DNA from: Candidatus Tiamatella incendiivivens | GTDB taxonomy: Archaea; Thermoproteota; Thermoprotei_A; Sulfolobales; Acidilobaceae | Length of the DNA: 64,000 bases | Reading direction: 5' to 3' | Assembly: GCA_015522635.1 (NCBI GenBank) | Contig: WALW01000010.1 | Coordinates: forward strand, 14,640-78,639 | Notes under the pieces: model-generated | Databases searched by the model: none | What the model was told of the DNA's origin: nothing | Seen by the model: only the letters and a program-made list of their open reading frames with translations | Made by a program: the position numbers and the translations under genes | Shown: positions 1 to 10,047 of the stretch, piece by piece | How the letters are laid out: each line of letters opens with the position of its first letter | Numbering within the stretch: position 1 is the first letter of the stretch

Positions 1-1025
1 ATAGGCCGAGTCTTATGCTTGTATTGAAGGCGTGTAAGCTGGCTGGACTTGAGCCTCCGAAACCAGAGTATTTAGGTCTTCCAAGGTCAAGTCTTCGCAT
101 GAGATTACCTAAAGTATTGGACGAGGATTTCGCTGAGTTCTTGGGCCTCCTCCTATCTGGCGGTGATATAACCGGCAGGGGCATTAGATTCTATAACTCC
201 GATCCTATTCTTAGGCAAAGGTTTAGTCAGCTAGTGGAGAGGCTCTTTGGCATTAAAGGTAGGGAGGAAAGGTATAATACTGTTTTAACTGTGGTTGTGA
301 ACTCTAGGTTGTTAGTAACCTTGCTGGGAAGACTGGGCACCCCTAGTAGGTTGAGGGCTAGAAATGTAATGCTACCTAAACCCGTCTTAGCTTCACCTAC
401 TCCGGTGATAGCAGCCTTCCTTCGAGGCTACTACCTCGGCGGCGGTGCTTTCAGCGAAAACGAGGTTGAATTCATAACAGCTTCAAAGAGGATGGCATCA
501 GGTCTTTCATATCTTCTGGCACGCTTGGGGGTATTCTATAGTTTTGTTGTAAAGAATGTTAGGGGAGAGGAGTATTATAGAGTTATAATAATGGGTAGAG
601 ATGAGCTTGAGAGGTTCTATGATACTATAAAGCCTAGTGAACAACTAAGCCTTGCAAAACTAGAGAAGATAAAGTCTTATCTAGTAGCAGAGGATCAAGG
701 TGGAAAGCCTAGAGACGTTGTATACAATGGGTCTCAGCTGCTTACCAGGACAGCAGCGGATTATAGAAGCAGACTCGAGAAGATTATAGGCGAACTCTCA
801 GATTATACTGTTCAAAATGATAGGATAGGTGTAGCTAAAATAGCACTTATGACTCAAGTAGCGGGGTCAGAGTCATCGGGTAGTCTTTCCATAGCTTTCG
901 AAGATGTCGCTGTCGATACTGTGAGGAAAATAGAATGGTTAGAAGGTGATTTTGTAGTATATGATGTTACAGTCCCTATTACTCATAACTTCGTCGGCGG
1001 GGATGTCCCTTCAATACTACATAAT
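1..1025 (+). mobile_element. Intein, C-terminal ~340 codons (N-terminal splice junction lies upstream of window), with LAGLIDADG homing-endonuclease domain
   Basis: LAGLIDADG-like blocks [16 protein letters not shown] and [15 protein letters not shown]. Terminal splicing block [23 protein letters not shown] has Asn codon 1023-1025, followed by +1 Thr (1026-1028). Confidence 0.85.
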
Positions 1026-2081
1026 ACTGTCACACTCCACTCCTTTGCACAGTGGAGTGCAGCTAAGGTGGTCATATACATAGGTTGCGGTGAGAGAGGT
1101 AATGAGATGACTGAGGTTCTGGAGAGGTTCCCACAGTATATTGATCCTTGGACGGGGAAGCCCCTCATGGAGAGGACTATTCTAATAGCTAACACAAGCA
1201 ATATGCCTGTAGCAGCGAGGGAAGCCAGTATTTATGTAGGTATAACACTTGCAGAGTACTATCGCGACATGGGTTATGATACTCTCATCGTCGCAGACTC
1301 TACTAGTAGATGGGCGGAGGCCCTCCGTGAAATAGCTGGCAGATTGGAGGAAATGCCTGCAGAAGAGGGATACCCGAGCTATCTAGCTAGTAGGCTTGCA
1401 GAGTTCTACGAGCGTGCAGGTAGGGCGGTAGTGACAGGGTCTCCTGAGAGAATTGGTAGTGTGACAGTTGTAGGCGCTGTATCACCTCCGGGAGGAGACT
1501 TTACGGAACCAGTTACTAGTCACACGAAGAGGTTCATAAGAGTATTCTGGGCGCTTGATGCTAGATTGGCGTACAGTAGGCACTACCCTGCTATTAACTG
1601 GATAGATAGTTATTCAGCATACATTGACTTGGTTGCCAAGTGGTGGCATGAGAATGTTAATGAGGAATGGAAGGGGTATCGTGAAGAGGCTATGGATATT
1701 TTGTTGAGGGAGGATGAGTTGAGGGAGATAGTTAGGCTAGTAGGGCCTGAGAGCCTCAGTGAGCACGATAAATTAATACTTGAGACGGCTAGATTGCTGA
1801 AGGACGGGTTCCTTAAGCAGAACGCTTTCGACGAAATTGACGCATTCTCTCCGCCTGAGAAACAGTTCTTACTACTTAAGATGATTATTAACTTCCATAG
1901 GGAAGCGGATAGACTTGTAGAGAAAGGCATTACTGTTTCAAGGATAAAGGAAGTCGCCCAAGATGTGGTTGTTGAAATGTCGAAGGCTAGATTCACAATA
2001 CCCAACGATAAACCGGAGCTCGTTGAAGACCTGGAGAAGAAGGCTGTTGAGAAGCTTAAGAGTCTAGAGGTGACTGGGTGA
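1..2081 (+). CDS. atpA: A/V-type ATP synthase catalytic subunit A, 5' end outside window, interrupted by an intein
   Basis: Frame of ORF 15..2081 stays open back to base 3. After the intein end (SILHN|T) the extein reads [50 protein letters not shown], all typical subunit A motifs. atpB follows directly. Confidence 0.9.
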   Translation, partial: RPSLMLVLKACKLAGLEPPKPEYLGLPRSSLRMRLPKVLDEDFAEFLGLLLSGGDITGRGIRFYNSDPILRQRFSQLVERLFGIKGREERYNTVLTVVVNSRLLVTLLGRLGTPSRLRARNVMLPKPVLASPTPVIAAFLRGYYLGGGAFSENEVEFITASKRMASGLSYLLARLGVFYSFVVKNVRGEEYYRVIIMGRDELERFYDTIKPSEQLSLAKLEKIKSYLVAEDQGGKPRDVVYNGSQLLTRTAADYRSRLEKIIGELSDYTVQNDRIGVAKIALMTQVAGSESSGSLSIAFEDVAVDTVRKIEWLEGDFVVYDVTVPITHNFVGGDVPSILHNTVTLHSFAQWSAAKVVIYIGCGERGNEMTEVLERFPQYIDPWTGKPLMERTILIANTSNMPVAAREASIYVGITLAEYYRDMGYDTLIVADSTSRWAEALREIAGRLEEMPAEEGYPSYLASRLAEFYERAGRAVVTGSPERIGSVTVVGAVSPPGGDFTEPVTSHTKRFIRVFWALDARLAYSRHYPAINWIDSYSAYIDLVAKWWHENVNEEWKGYREEAMDILLREDELREIVRLVGPESLSEHDKLILETARLLKDGFLKQNAFDEIDAFSPPEKQFLLLKMIINFHREADRLVEKGITVSRIKEVAQDVVVEMSKARFTIPNDKPELVEDLEKKAVEKLKSLEVTG

Positions 2082-2084
2082 GAG

Positions 2085-3488
2085 GTGAAGGAAATGGCAG
2101 CCATAGGAGTAAGGGAGTACCATAGGATAAAGGAAATAAAAGGCCCACTACTAGTTGTTGAAGGAGTATCAAGGGTAGCGTACGACGAAATCGTAGAAGT
2201 AGAACTGGCTTCCGGAGAGAGGAGGAGAGGCCGTGTCCTAGATGTTTCACATGGAATAGCTGTTGTTCAAGTCTTCGAGGGAACGACTGGAATAACGAGT
2301 ACAGGGACTAAAGTTAGATTCCTCGGTAGGCCTCTCGAGATCCCGGTAAGCGAAGATATGCTGGGGAGAATATTCAATGGTCTAGGGGAACCTATAGACG
2401 GTCGCCCGCCTATACTAGCTGAGGAGAAGAGGGATATTAACGGAGAACCTCTTAATCCATCCCAGAGAGCTTACCCGGAAGATTTTATACAGACAGGTGT
2501 AAGTGCAATAGATGGCATGAACACTCTTGTCAGAGGGCAGAAGCTACCTATATTCTCGGGAAGCGGTTTACCTCACAATATCCTTGCGGCACAAATAGCT
2601 AGGCAGTCAACTGTAAGAGGAGAACAGGAAGAGTTCGCAGTAGTCTTCTCAGCTATTGGAATAAAATATGATGATGCATTATTCTTTAAAAACTTCTTCG
2701 AGGAGACAGGTGCATTAAACAGAGTTGCAATGTTCATGAACCTAGCCGACGAACCTGCTATGATCAGGCTTGTAACACCTCGTGCTGCATTAACATTAGC
2801 TGAATACTTAGCATACGAGAGAGACATGCACGTCCTCGTCATATTAACGGACATGACCAACTACGCTGAAGCTCTCCGTGAAATTAGTTCTGCTAGGGAA
2901 GAGGTGCCTGGAAGACAGGGATATCCTGGTTACATGTATAGTGATCTTGCCAGTATTTATGAGAGAGCTGGAAGAGTGCACGGCAAGAAAGGCAGTATAA
3001 CGCAAATGCCCATTCTAACAATGCCCAACGATGACATCACACACCCTATACCAGACCTCACTGGATATATTACGGAAGGCCAGATAGTGCTTGATAGAAA
3101 CCTACATAATAGGGGGATATATCCGCCGATAAACGTTCTAATGAGCTTATCAAGGTTGATGAAGGAGGGGATAGGCGCCGATAAAACAAGAGAAGACCAT
3201 AGTGACATAAGCAACCAGCTATATGCGGCTTACTCTAGGGCAGTAGAACTGAGGAGTCTTGCAACTGTTGTAGGAGAGGAAAGTCTTAGCAATGTAGATA
3301 GATTGTACCTCAAATACGCTGATCTATTCGAACATAAATTCCTTGCCCAGGATCCAAGGGAGAACAGGAGCATAGAGCAAACGCTTGATCTGGCTTGGGA
3401 AATATTATCTATATTGCCTGAAGCTGAGTTAACCAACATTAGAGACAAGCATATCAAGAAGTACCATCCTGCATATAAGTCAAAATAA
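2085..3488 (+). CDS. atpB: A/V-type ATP synthase subunit B
   Basis: 467 aa with conserved B-subunit blocks ([59 protein letters not shown]). GAGGTGA at 2082-2088 precedes ATG 2094, which may be the true start. Confidence 0.95.
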   Translation: MKEMAAIGVREYHRIKEIKGPLLVVEGVSRVAYDEIVEVELASGERRRGRVLDVSHGIAVVQVFEGTTGITSTGTKVRFLGRPLEIPVSEDMLGRIFNGLGEPIDGRPPILAEEKRDINGEPLNPSQRAYPEDFIQTGVSAIDGMNTLVRGQKLPIFSGSGLPHNILAAQIARQSTVRGEQEEFAVVFSAIGIKYDDALFFKNFFEETGALNRVAMFMNLADEPAMIRLVTPRAALTLAEYLAYERDMHVLVILTDMTNYAEALREISSAREEVPGRQGYPGYMYSDLASIYERAGRVHGKKGSITQMPILTMPNDDITHPIPDLTGYITEGQIVLDRNLHNRGIYPPINVLMSLSRLMKEGIGADKTREDHSDISNQLYAAYSRAVELRSLATVVGEESLSNVDRLYLKYADLFEHKFLAQDPRENRSIEQTLDLAWEILSILPEAELTNIRDKHIKKYHPAYKSK

Positions 3489-3509
3489 CCCCCTTTATAA
3501 CTAACATCT

Positions 3510-3704
3510 TTATTCCTCTTTGAATAATACCCAGTAACCTGCGAACAATACGATAGCTAGGAGAGTAGCTGACAGCCACATAGATATTTTAATGGTAAGT
3601 AAATCCCATCCTTTCCTAGGCGGTTTAAATAATATCCAGGTGTATAACAAGTATAATACTACTGTAACTAGCAATCCTATCCTTAGTTTGCCCATATTAC
3701 TCAC
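3510..3704 (-). CDS. Small hypothetical membrane protein (2 predicted TM helices)
   Basis: 64-aa ORF in the atpB-atpD gap with two hydrophobic stretches (IGLLVTVVLYLLYTWILF, WLSATLLAIVLFAGYWVLF). No recognisable family. Confidence 0.35.
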   Translation of the reverse strand: MSNMGKLRIGLLVTVVLYLLYTWILFKPPRKGWDLLTIKISMWLSATLLAIVLFAGYWVLFKEE

Positions 3705-3796
3705 ACTATTCTAGATGGGATTTATTGTAAAATATATAATTTAGATTATCCAGCTAGATCCAACGGGAGTCCGGTAACAAGAATAGGTGTGGCAAT

Positions 3797-4441
3797 ATGG
3801 CTTTGGATGCTAGGAAAGTTTTGCCGACGAAGATTAACCTCATACGGTTAAAGAGAGAGGAGAAGGTTATAAGGAAAGTAAGGATGGTTATGGAGGAGAA
3901 AAGAGAGGTTCTACTCCTATATATTAGGCAGGCTATTTCTGACTACGAGAAATACTACAATGATGTGGCGAAATCGCTTACCGAGTTCTATGACAATTTT
4001 TACCTTGGTGTTGCTGACGAGGGGTTCTCGTCTGTTCAGAGAATGGCTGGAAACGTTAAGCCGGATCTTATGGTTAAGAAGTTTGAGAAAGTCCTTTTTG
4101 CCGTCAAGGTTCCTAGCTACGAGATTGACGAATCAACATACCCCAATCTCAGGTATTCCCCTGGTACGAGTCCTTATTTAGTGGATTCGCTGGAAATGAT
4201 GAAGTCAATTATGCCTAACTTGATGAAGCTGGCTGAGCTGGAAGAAGCTCTTAGGCTGTTGATTAAGGAATTGAAGGAAACCCAGAGGCTTATAAACGCG
4301 ATAGATTACGTTATACTTCCAAGCTATGAGAAGGTTACTAAGTTCATTAACATGGTTCTAGAGGAGCGTATGAGAGAGGAGTTCATTAGGCTCAAACTGT
4401 TGAAAAGGAAGTTGGAGAGGAGAGAAGAGGCTGCTTCTTAG
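3797..4441 (+). CDS. atpD: A/V-type ATP synthase subunit D
   Basis: 214 aa. The N-terminus LPTKINLIRLKREEK and a coiled-coil-rich body are typical of V/A-ATPase D subunits, and the gene lies in atp context. Confidence 0.85.
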   Translation: MALDARKVLPTKINLIRLKREEKVIRKVRMVMEEKREVLLLYIRQAISDYEKYYNDVAKSLTEFYDNFYLGVADEGFSSVQRMAGNVKPDLMVKKFEKVLFAVKVPSYEIDESTYPNLRYSPGTSPYLVDSLEMMKSIMPNLMKLAELEEALRLLIKELKETQRLINAIDYVILPSYEKVTKFINMVLEERMREEFIRLKLLKRKLERREEAAS

Positions 4442-4620
4442 AATACTTTCTTACTCTGCTAAGCCTTCTCCTCCCTTATAGTTCAAGTATTCCGCTATCG
4501 AATAGTGTTGCCTCATTAAAAACCTGTTAATGTAAAGTTTTATACAATCTTCAATGATTTTATAGAAAATATTTATATATATCAAATGGCTACACTAAAT
4601 ATATTCTGAGGTGGTAGGAA

Positions 4621-6813
4621 ATGGCTCAATCAGACAAGGAAGTCAGATTAAGGGTTAGAGAAGCCGATCAAAGAGACGTGGGTAGGAAGATTGCTAGAAT
4701 AGGTAGAAATGTAATGAAATTACTAGGACTAGAAACAGGCGATTTCATAGAGATAGAAGGACCCAAAGCAATAGCTGTCGCTACTGTTTGGCCTCTGCAT
4801 GGCGGTGAGACGCAGAAGGATATAATCAGGATAGACGGTTACATAAGAAGTGCTACAGGAGCAAGCATCGGAGACTATGTTAACGTTAAGAAAGCCGAAA
4901 ACGTAGAGCCCGCGAAGAAAATAGTTCTCGCTCCGCTAGAACCTATAAGATTCGGAAGGGACTTTGTTGACTACGTTAAGAATATACTTAAAATGAAGCC
5001 AGTGGGACGCGGTGAGACTATAGTAATCCCGGTCTTCGAGGGATTGCCCTTAGTAGTAGTATCGACACAGCCAAGCCACTATGTCTATATTACCGATGAT
5101 ACCGAGGTTGCTATTAGAGAAAAACCGTTGAAAGAAGCAGAACTTGAGAAAGCAAGGGGAGTTCCGAAGGTCACTTGGGAAGATATAGGTGACCTGGAGG
5201 AGGCTAAGGAGAAGATAAGGGAGATCGTGGAGTTACCAATGAAACACCCGGAGCTATTCAAGCATCTGGGTATAGAACCGCCTAAGGGTGTACTACTTTA
5301 CGGCCCGCCTGGGACAGGTAAAACATTATTAGCAAAGGCTCTTGCAAACGAGATAGGAGCATACTTTGTAATGATTAATGGACCCGAGATTATGAGTAAG
5401 TTCTATGGAGAAAGTGAACAGAGGCTTAGGGAGATATTCAAGGAGGCGGAGGAGAATGCTCCGAGCATAATATTCATCGATGAGATAGATGCGATAGCGC
5501 CTAAAAGAGAGGAAGTGACAGGTGAGGTCGAGAAGAGGGTAGTATCTCAGCTTCTCACGCTTATGGATGGTATGAAGGAAAGAGGGAAGGTCATAGTTAT
5601 CGGTGCCACAAATAGGCCAGATGCTTTAGACCCTGCCCTTAGAAGGCCGGGTAGGTTCGACAGGGAAATAGAGATAAGACCTCCAGACAAGAGGGCTAGA
5701 ATGCTAATATTGCAAGTTCACACTAGAAACATGCCGCTCTACGATGATGTAAATTTAGAGAAGCTAGCAGAACTGACTCACGGCTACACAGGCGCTGATC
5801 TTGCAGCTCTCGCCAAAGAAGCTGCCATGAGTGCTTTACGGAGGTTCATAAGGGAGGGCAAGGTAGACTTATACCAGGCAAAAGAGCTTCCGGCTAACAT
5901 GCTGAAGAACATTACGGTTACAATGACGGATTTCCTCGAAGCTATGAAGCTGATAAGGCCTACCCTAATCAGGGAGATATACATAGAGGTTCCCCAAGTT
6001 AAATGGGATGATATCGGTGGATTAGACGAGGTAAAGCAAGAAGTCAGGGAAGCTGTAGAATGGCCTATTAAATACGGCGAAATATTCGAGAAGATGGGTA
6101 TAAGGCCGCCGAAAGGTGTAATGCTATTTGGCCCTCCTGGAACGGGAAAGACTTTACTAGCCAAGGCTGCTGCCACTGAGAGCGGTGCAAACTTCATTGC
6201 AGTCCGTGGCCCTGAAATACTCAGTAAATGGGTTGGTGAAAGCGAGAAGGCTATTAGGAAAATATTTGAGAGGGCAAGGCAAGCCGCTCCAACGATAGTG
6301 TTCTTCGACGAGGTAGACTCGATAGCTCCAGCTAGAGGATTAAGGCATGACAGCGGAGTAACAGACAGAATAGTTAACCAGATACTAACAGAGATGGATG
6401 GAATTGTGCCGTTAAACAAGGTAGTAGTGATGGGAGCGACCAATAGGCCTGATATAATGGATCCAGCTCTGCTGAGGCCTGGAAGATTTGATAGGGTAAT
6501 ATATGTACCGCCGCCGGATAAGGAGGCTAGGAAGGAGATATTCGAAATACACACTAGGAGCATGCCTCTAGGAAAGGACGTTGACTTCGACAAGCTTGCA
6601 GAGATGACGGAAGGATATACGGGAGCTGATATAGAAGCGGTTTGCCGCGAAGCAGCTATGATAAAGTTAAGGGAGAAGCTTGAATTAGGACCAGTGGAGA
6701 TGAAGCATTTCGAAGAGGCGTTAAAGAAGATACCGCCGAGCATAACTAGAGAAGACATAGAGAAGTATATGAAACTCGCGAAGGAATATAAGAGAATGAC
6801 TCTAGGAGGCTAA
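4621..6813 (+). CDS. cdc48: CDC48/VCP-type AAA+ ATPase
   Basis: 730 aa with an N-terminal CDC48 domain and two AAA modules ([13 protein letters not shown] twice; Walker B IIFIDEID and IVFFDEVD; [10 protein letters not shown] twice). GAGGTGG lies upstream of the ATG. Confidence 0.95.
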   Translation: MAQSDKEVRLRVREADQRDVGRKIARIGRNVMKLLGLETGDFIEIEGPKAIAVATVWPLHGGETQKDIIRIDGYIRSATGASIGDYVNVKKAENVEPAKKIVLAPLEPIRFGRDFVDYVKNILKMKPVGRGETIVIPVFEGLPLVVVSTQPSHYVYITDDTEVAIREKPLKEAELEKARGVPKVTWEDIGDLEEAKEKIREIVELPMKHPELFKHLGIEPPKGVLLYGPPGTGKTLLAKALANEIGAYFVMINGPEIMSKFYGESEQRLREIFKEAEENAPSIIFIDEIDAIAPKREEVTGEVEKRVVSQLLTLMDGMKERGKVIVIGATNRPDALDPALRRPGRFDREIEIRPPDKRARMLILQVHTRNMPLYDDVNLEKLAELTHGYTGADLAALAKEAAMSALRRFIREGKVDLYQAKELPANMLKNITVTMTDFLEAMKLIRPTLIREIYIEVPQVKWDDIGGLDEVKQEVREAVEWPIKYGEIFEKMGIRPPKGVMLFGPPGTGKTLLAKAAATESGANFIAVRGPEILSKWVGESEKAIRKIFERARQAAPTIVFFDEVDSIAPARGLRHDSGVTDRIVNQILTEMDGIVPLNKVVVMGATNRPDIMDPALLRPGRFDRVIYVPPPDKEARKEIFEIHTRSMPLGKDVDFDKLAEMTEGYTGADIEAVCREAAMIKLREKLELGPVEMKHFEEALKKIPPSITREDIEKYMKLAKEYKRMTLGG

Positions 6814-7070
6814 GCTTCCTTCATTCCTTTTTCATAGATAACCTTGCCTTCACGATCCTTTATGTAGACTATCCTATGTAACGGTATAACAGTCCACTCG
6901 TCATCCAAACTCAACGCCCAGTTATCAGCTGAAACGATACGCTCTAGAGGGATCTCCTTAATCATGGAGCCAGAAACATCCCTTGTTCTATGGATATAGC
7001 CTATAACAATTCCATTAGGCCTCTCATGTAAGAGCCATCTCAACTTATCATACAAAACGCTTCTCCCCAA
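6810..7070 (-). CDS. DUF504/UPF0248-like small protein
   Basis: 86 aa with the IPLHRIV motif near the C-terminus, characteristic of this archaeal family as I remember it. It overlaps the cdc48 stop by 4 nt, convergent. Confidence 0.55.
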   Translation of the reverse strand: MGRSVLYDKLRWLLHERPNGIVIGYIHRTRDVSGSMIKEIPLERIVSADNWALSLDDEWTVIPLHRIVYIKDREGKVIYEKGMKEA

Positions 7071-7212
7071 AGCAACACACCACTATCGATACTGTGGGGA
7101 GGGGTAGAGCCTCTCGGTCATACCTCGTACAATACGGGCTGATCCCGGGATTGTCGCGTCCCTCCCCAGGATTTATTGTGGTATTCTAGATGTATAGATT
7201 TTTGTATGAAGA

Positions 7213-7321
7213 TGGTAGCCGGGCGGGGATTCGAACCCCGGTCACGGGGGTTCTCCCAGCAGGCCCCGGTACAAGCCTGCTGTCCAAAGCCCCGCATCCT
7301 TGGCCGCTAGACGACCCGGCT
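7213..7321 (-). tRNA. tRNA-Gln (anticodon UUG) with ~33-nt intron next to the anticodon loop; CCA encoded
   Basis: Reverse complement reads AGCCGGG-TC-GTCTAGCGGCCAAGGAT-G-CGGGG-CTTTGG[ACAGCAGGCTTGTACCGGGGCCTGCTGGGAGAA]C-CCCCG-TGAC-CGGGGTTCGAATCCCCG-CCCGGCT-A-CCA. Acceptor, anticodon and T stems pair, the T-loop is TTCGAAT, and the intron holds an 8-bp helix CAGCAGGC/GCCTGCTG. Confidence 0.85.
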
Positions 7322-7418
7322 CTCCACCGGCCGGTGGCTTCCCATATTATTAGTATTTCATATTAACCTATGTAGGATATATTTATTCTTCGGATTCTAA
7401 GAGGGGTGTTATCCTGGA

Positions 7419-7997
7419 TTGACGTCGAAAAACGGTCTCATAGTAATTATAATTCTCTTCATAGTAATTCTCGGTGGTGCTGTATACTATCTTCAGCAAA
7501 GTAATAACGGTGCAGGTGGAGAAACTTCTACAACAACTCAGGTAACTCAGACTCAGGGGAATCTTTCTTGTAAGGGTGATCAAATAATGCTTGATGATGG
7601 GGTATACATTTATACTTCTAAAGGTATAACGAAGACGAGTCTGGGCAAAATAGCAGAGTTAAAGGATAAGCCGATAATAATGTTATTCTATAATAATCAA
7701 TGCCCTCATTGTAGGGATTTCGACCCTACCTGGTGTCAACTAGTCGAAACTTCCTCCCTTTCATCAAGGTATTATATGGTTAAGGTAGTATGCGACTGGT
7801 TCACAACGGCATGTACGAGCCAGGATGCTCAGCTGCTCTTCACCAATATGGGTGTAAGGGTGTCACCTACTATGGTTATAGCTAAGGCTAGTGGGAAGAG
7901 TATTACCGGTATCCGAATGCTAGTTCCAGGTGATCCTGTTGGTTTTACATATAAGGATTTGCTGGATTACCTCTCGAATTATACTCCGAGCAGATAA
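7419..7997 (+). CDS. Membrane-anchored thioredoxin-fold protein (CxxC)
   Basis: N-terminal TM helix (LIVIIILFIVILGGAVYY), then a Thr/Gln-rich linker. The redox motif is in FYNNQCPHCRDFDPTW. The start is TTG. Confidence 0.6.
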   Translation: MTSKNGLIVIIILFIVILGGAVYYLQQSNNGAGGETSTTTQVTQTQGNLSCKGDQIMLDDGVYIYTSKGITKTSLGKIAELKDKPIIMLFYNNQCPHCRDFDPTWCQLVETSSLSSRYYMVKVVCDWFTTACTSQDAQLLFTNMGVRVSPTMVIAKASGKSITGIRMLVPGDPVGFTYKDLLDYLSNYTPSR

Positions 7998-8095
7998 TGA
8001 TGATGGAAAAGTTTAAATAGCACAACTCCTATTCCTTCTTCCCGTATATAAGGTTTTCTCTATTATTTAATGGAGGAAGCCTTATATATGGATGG

Positions 8096-9091
8096 GTGAA
8101 TGCGGTGGCGAGGAAAGAACGTAGGGAGGAGAAACGTAATAGTCATCATGATTGCCCCCCTGATCAGATATACTTTGACCCGGTGAGAGGGGAGAAGATC
8201 TGTTTGCTTACGGGAGAGGTTATCGAGGAGCAGATAATTGATACAGGCCCGGATTGGAGAGCTTATAATCAAGAGGAAAGCGAGAGGAGAAGCAGGGTAG
8301 GAGTTCCTCTAACTTATACAATGCATGACCTAGGAGTTTCAGCTATAGTGGATTATAAGAATAGGGATGCTGCGGGGAGAAGGCTAACAGGTAGGAAAAG
8401 GCTTGATGCTATTAAAATAAGGAAATGGCAGAGTAGAAGCAAAGTACAGACAAGCATTGACAGGAATCTCCAGCAAGCAATGCAGGAATTGGATAAACTG
8501 GCAAAACAACTAGGTGTGCCAAGACACGTCCAAGAAGAAGCAGCTAAGATATACCATATGGCTGTGAATAAAGGATTGGTACGGGGTAGGAGCATAGAGA
8601 GCGTTATAGCTGCAAGCTTATATGCAGCATGTAGGATTCACAGACTACCCCATATGCTAGATGAGATAGCTCAGAAAGTTAGGGGTAGTAGGAGGGAGAT
8701 CGCTAGATGTTATAGGCTAATAGTCCGAGACTTAAGCCTTCGTGTGCCGGTAATAGATTCCAAGACCTTTGTTGCGAGAATAGCCGGAGCACTCGGTCTA
8801 CCGGATGAGGCCATAGTTCAGGCGAGCAAATTCCTTGAAATAGCAAAGAAAAGAGGACTAACAGCAGGTAAAGACCCTGGTGGATTGGCAGCCGCTGCTG
8901 TTTATTTAGCAGCACTCATGCTGGGAATAAAGAAGACCCAGAAAGAGGTCGCTAAAATAGCTGGAGTTACGGAAGTAACTGTTAGGAACAGATATAAGGA
9001 ATTGGCACACGAGTTGCATATTTCTATAGATCTTGAAGACGATTCCAGTAAAAAGAAGAAAGCTGAAGCGAGTGCTTCAAAAACAAATTAA
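8096..9091 (+). CDS. tfb: Transcription initiation factor B (TFB/TFIIB)
   Basis: 331 aa with B-reader/linker DTGPDWRAY and two cyclin-like repeats (GRSIESVIAASLYAACR; GKDPGGLAAAAVYLAA). GTG start. A BRE/TATA-like AAAGTTTAAATA lies near 8010. Confidence 0.9.
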   Translation: MNAVARKERREEKRNSHHDCPPDQIYFDPVRGEKICLLTGEVIEEQIIDTGPDWRAYNQEESERRSRVGVPLTYTMHDLGVSAIVDYKNRDAAGRRLTGRKRLDAIKIRKWQSRSKVQTSIDRNLQQAMQELDKLAKQLGVPRHVQEEAAKIYHMAVNKGLVRGRSIESVIAASLYAACRIHRLPHMLDEIAQKVRGSRREIARCYRLIVRDLSLRVPVIDSKTFVARIAGALGLPDEAIVQASKFLEIAKKRGLTAGKDPGGLAAAAVYLAALMLGIKKTQKEVAKIAGVTEVTVRNRYKELAHELHISIDLEDDSSKKKKAEASASKTN

Positions 9092-9110
9092 TTTTTCATG
9101 GTAAAAGGAT

Positions 9111-10031
9111 TTAGGCGCTTTTCTTCGCTTTTATCCTTTCCATCAGCACAGGCAGGAATTGGTACAGATCGGCAACAACGCCGTAATCAGCGTTCTTGAA
9201 TATTGGAGCGCTTTTATCCTTGTTTATGGCAACCACTATTTTAGCGTCAATTATACCTGCAAGATGCTGTGGAGCTCCGCTTATACCTATTGCGAAGTAG
9301 ACTTTCGGAGCTACCTTCTTACCGCTGAGGCCTACCCAGTGTTCTTCACTTAACCACTGTAGATCAGCTGCTACTGGCCTGCTACAGCCTATTTGAGCGC
9401 CGAGAAGATCGGCTAGTTCGAAGGCTAGTTTCAAGTCTTCCTTGCTCCTAAATCCTCTGCCTGCGCTTACAATTACCTCCGCCTCCTCTAGGTTAACTCC
9501 ACCCTTCTCCTTAGGCTTTCTTTCAATTACTTTTACCTTGCCTTCTTCCTCGACGGCAACATCTTCTATTTCAACAGCTTGGTCTCCCAGTGTTGCTGGT
9601 TTGAATTTCCTAGGCGGTAGGCTCACAATACTGGGCAGTGGGAGCGATATCTTGGCTACTGCTCTACCGCTTAGTATGCCTCTCTCGATAGTTATCTTAG
9701 CTTCTTCAACTGAGAAGGTTAATGCATCTACTACGAATGGGATATTCTTCTTGGCCGCCAACCTTGAGATAGCGTCTCTAATGTTCTTTGCAGTTATAGT
9801 AATCACTAGGTCAGGGTTCACCTTGTCGTAGACTTTTTCAAATGCCTTAGCGAGTGGTTCCGGCTTGTCTGTTTTGATGCTAAAGGCTTTCTTAGCGCCT
9901 TTGGATACTTCGGGTAATATATTGATTGCACTACCTGCCCCGGCTACATATACTTCTCCGCCTAGGGTTGAAGCTGCACCGATGGCTTCGGGTATATCTT
10001 TTTCATTAATCGCGAATACGAGAATCTTCAT
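9111..10031 (-). CDS. etfA: Electron transfer flavoprotein alpha subunit
   Basis: C-terminal FAD-binding block VSAGRG...IGCSRPV...GLSGKKVAPKVYFAIGISGAPQHLAG. I prefer ATG at 10031 (MKILVFA), preceded by GGTGAGGAGG, over the longer ORF start at 10070. Confidence 0.85.
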   Translation of the reverse strand: MKILVFAINEKDIPEAIGAASTLGGEVYVAGAGSAINILPEVSKGAKKAFSIKTDKPEPLAKAFEKVYDKVNPDLVITITAKNIRDAISRLAAKKNIPFVVDALTFSVEEAKITIERGILSGRAVAKISLPLPSIVSLPPRKFKPATLGDQAVEIEDVAVEEEGKVKVIERKPKEKGGVNLEEAEVIVSAGRGFRSKEDLKLAFELADLLGAQIGCSRPVAADLQWLSEEHWVGLSGKKVAPKVYFAIGISGAPQHLAGIIDAKIVVAINKDKSAPIFKNADYGVVADLYQFLPVLMERIKAKKSA

Positions 10032-10047
10032 CTTCCTCCTCACCTCA

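Noticed and set aside
3510-3704. The small antisense ORF between atpB and atpD as evidence of atp operon disruption
   Set aside because: Crenarchaeal atp genes are often not in a single operon, and the 64-aa ORF is only weakly supported, so this is not treated as a finding.
5784-6758. 324-aa ORF antisense to cdc48
   Set aside because: It lies entirely inside a very well-supported AAA+ gene. It has Ser/Leu/Ile-rich low-complexity composition typical of antisense shadow frames and no recognisable motif.
7096-7167. Considered as a tRNA or split-tRNA half because of the 7-8 bp terminal stem and 72-nt length
   Set aside because: On neither strand do positions corresponding to the D and T arms pair, and there is no GTTCRANNC-type T-loop. 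It is therefore kept only as an unclassified structured element.
7997-8010. C-box-like ATGATGA downstream of the thioredoxin-like gene (possible C/D box sRNA)
   Set aside because: No CTGA D box within the following ~100 nt and no terminal stem. I also found no convincing C/D pairs in the other intergenic regions I scanned.
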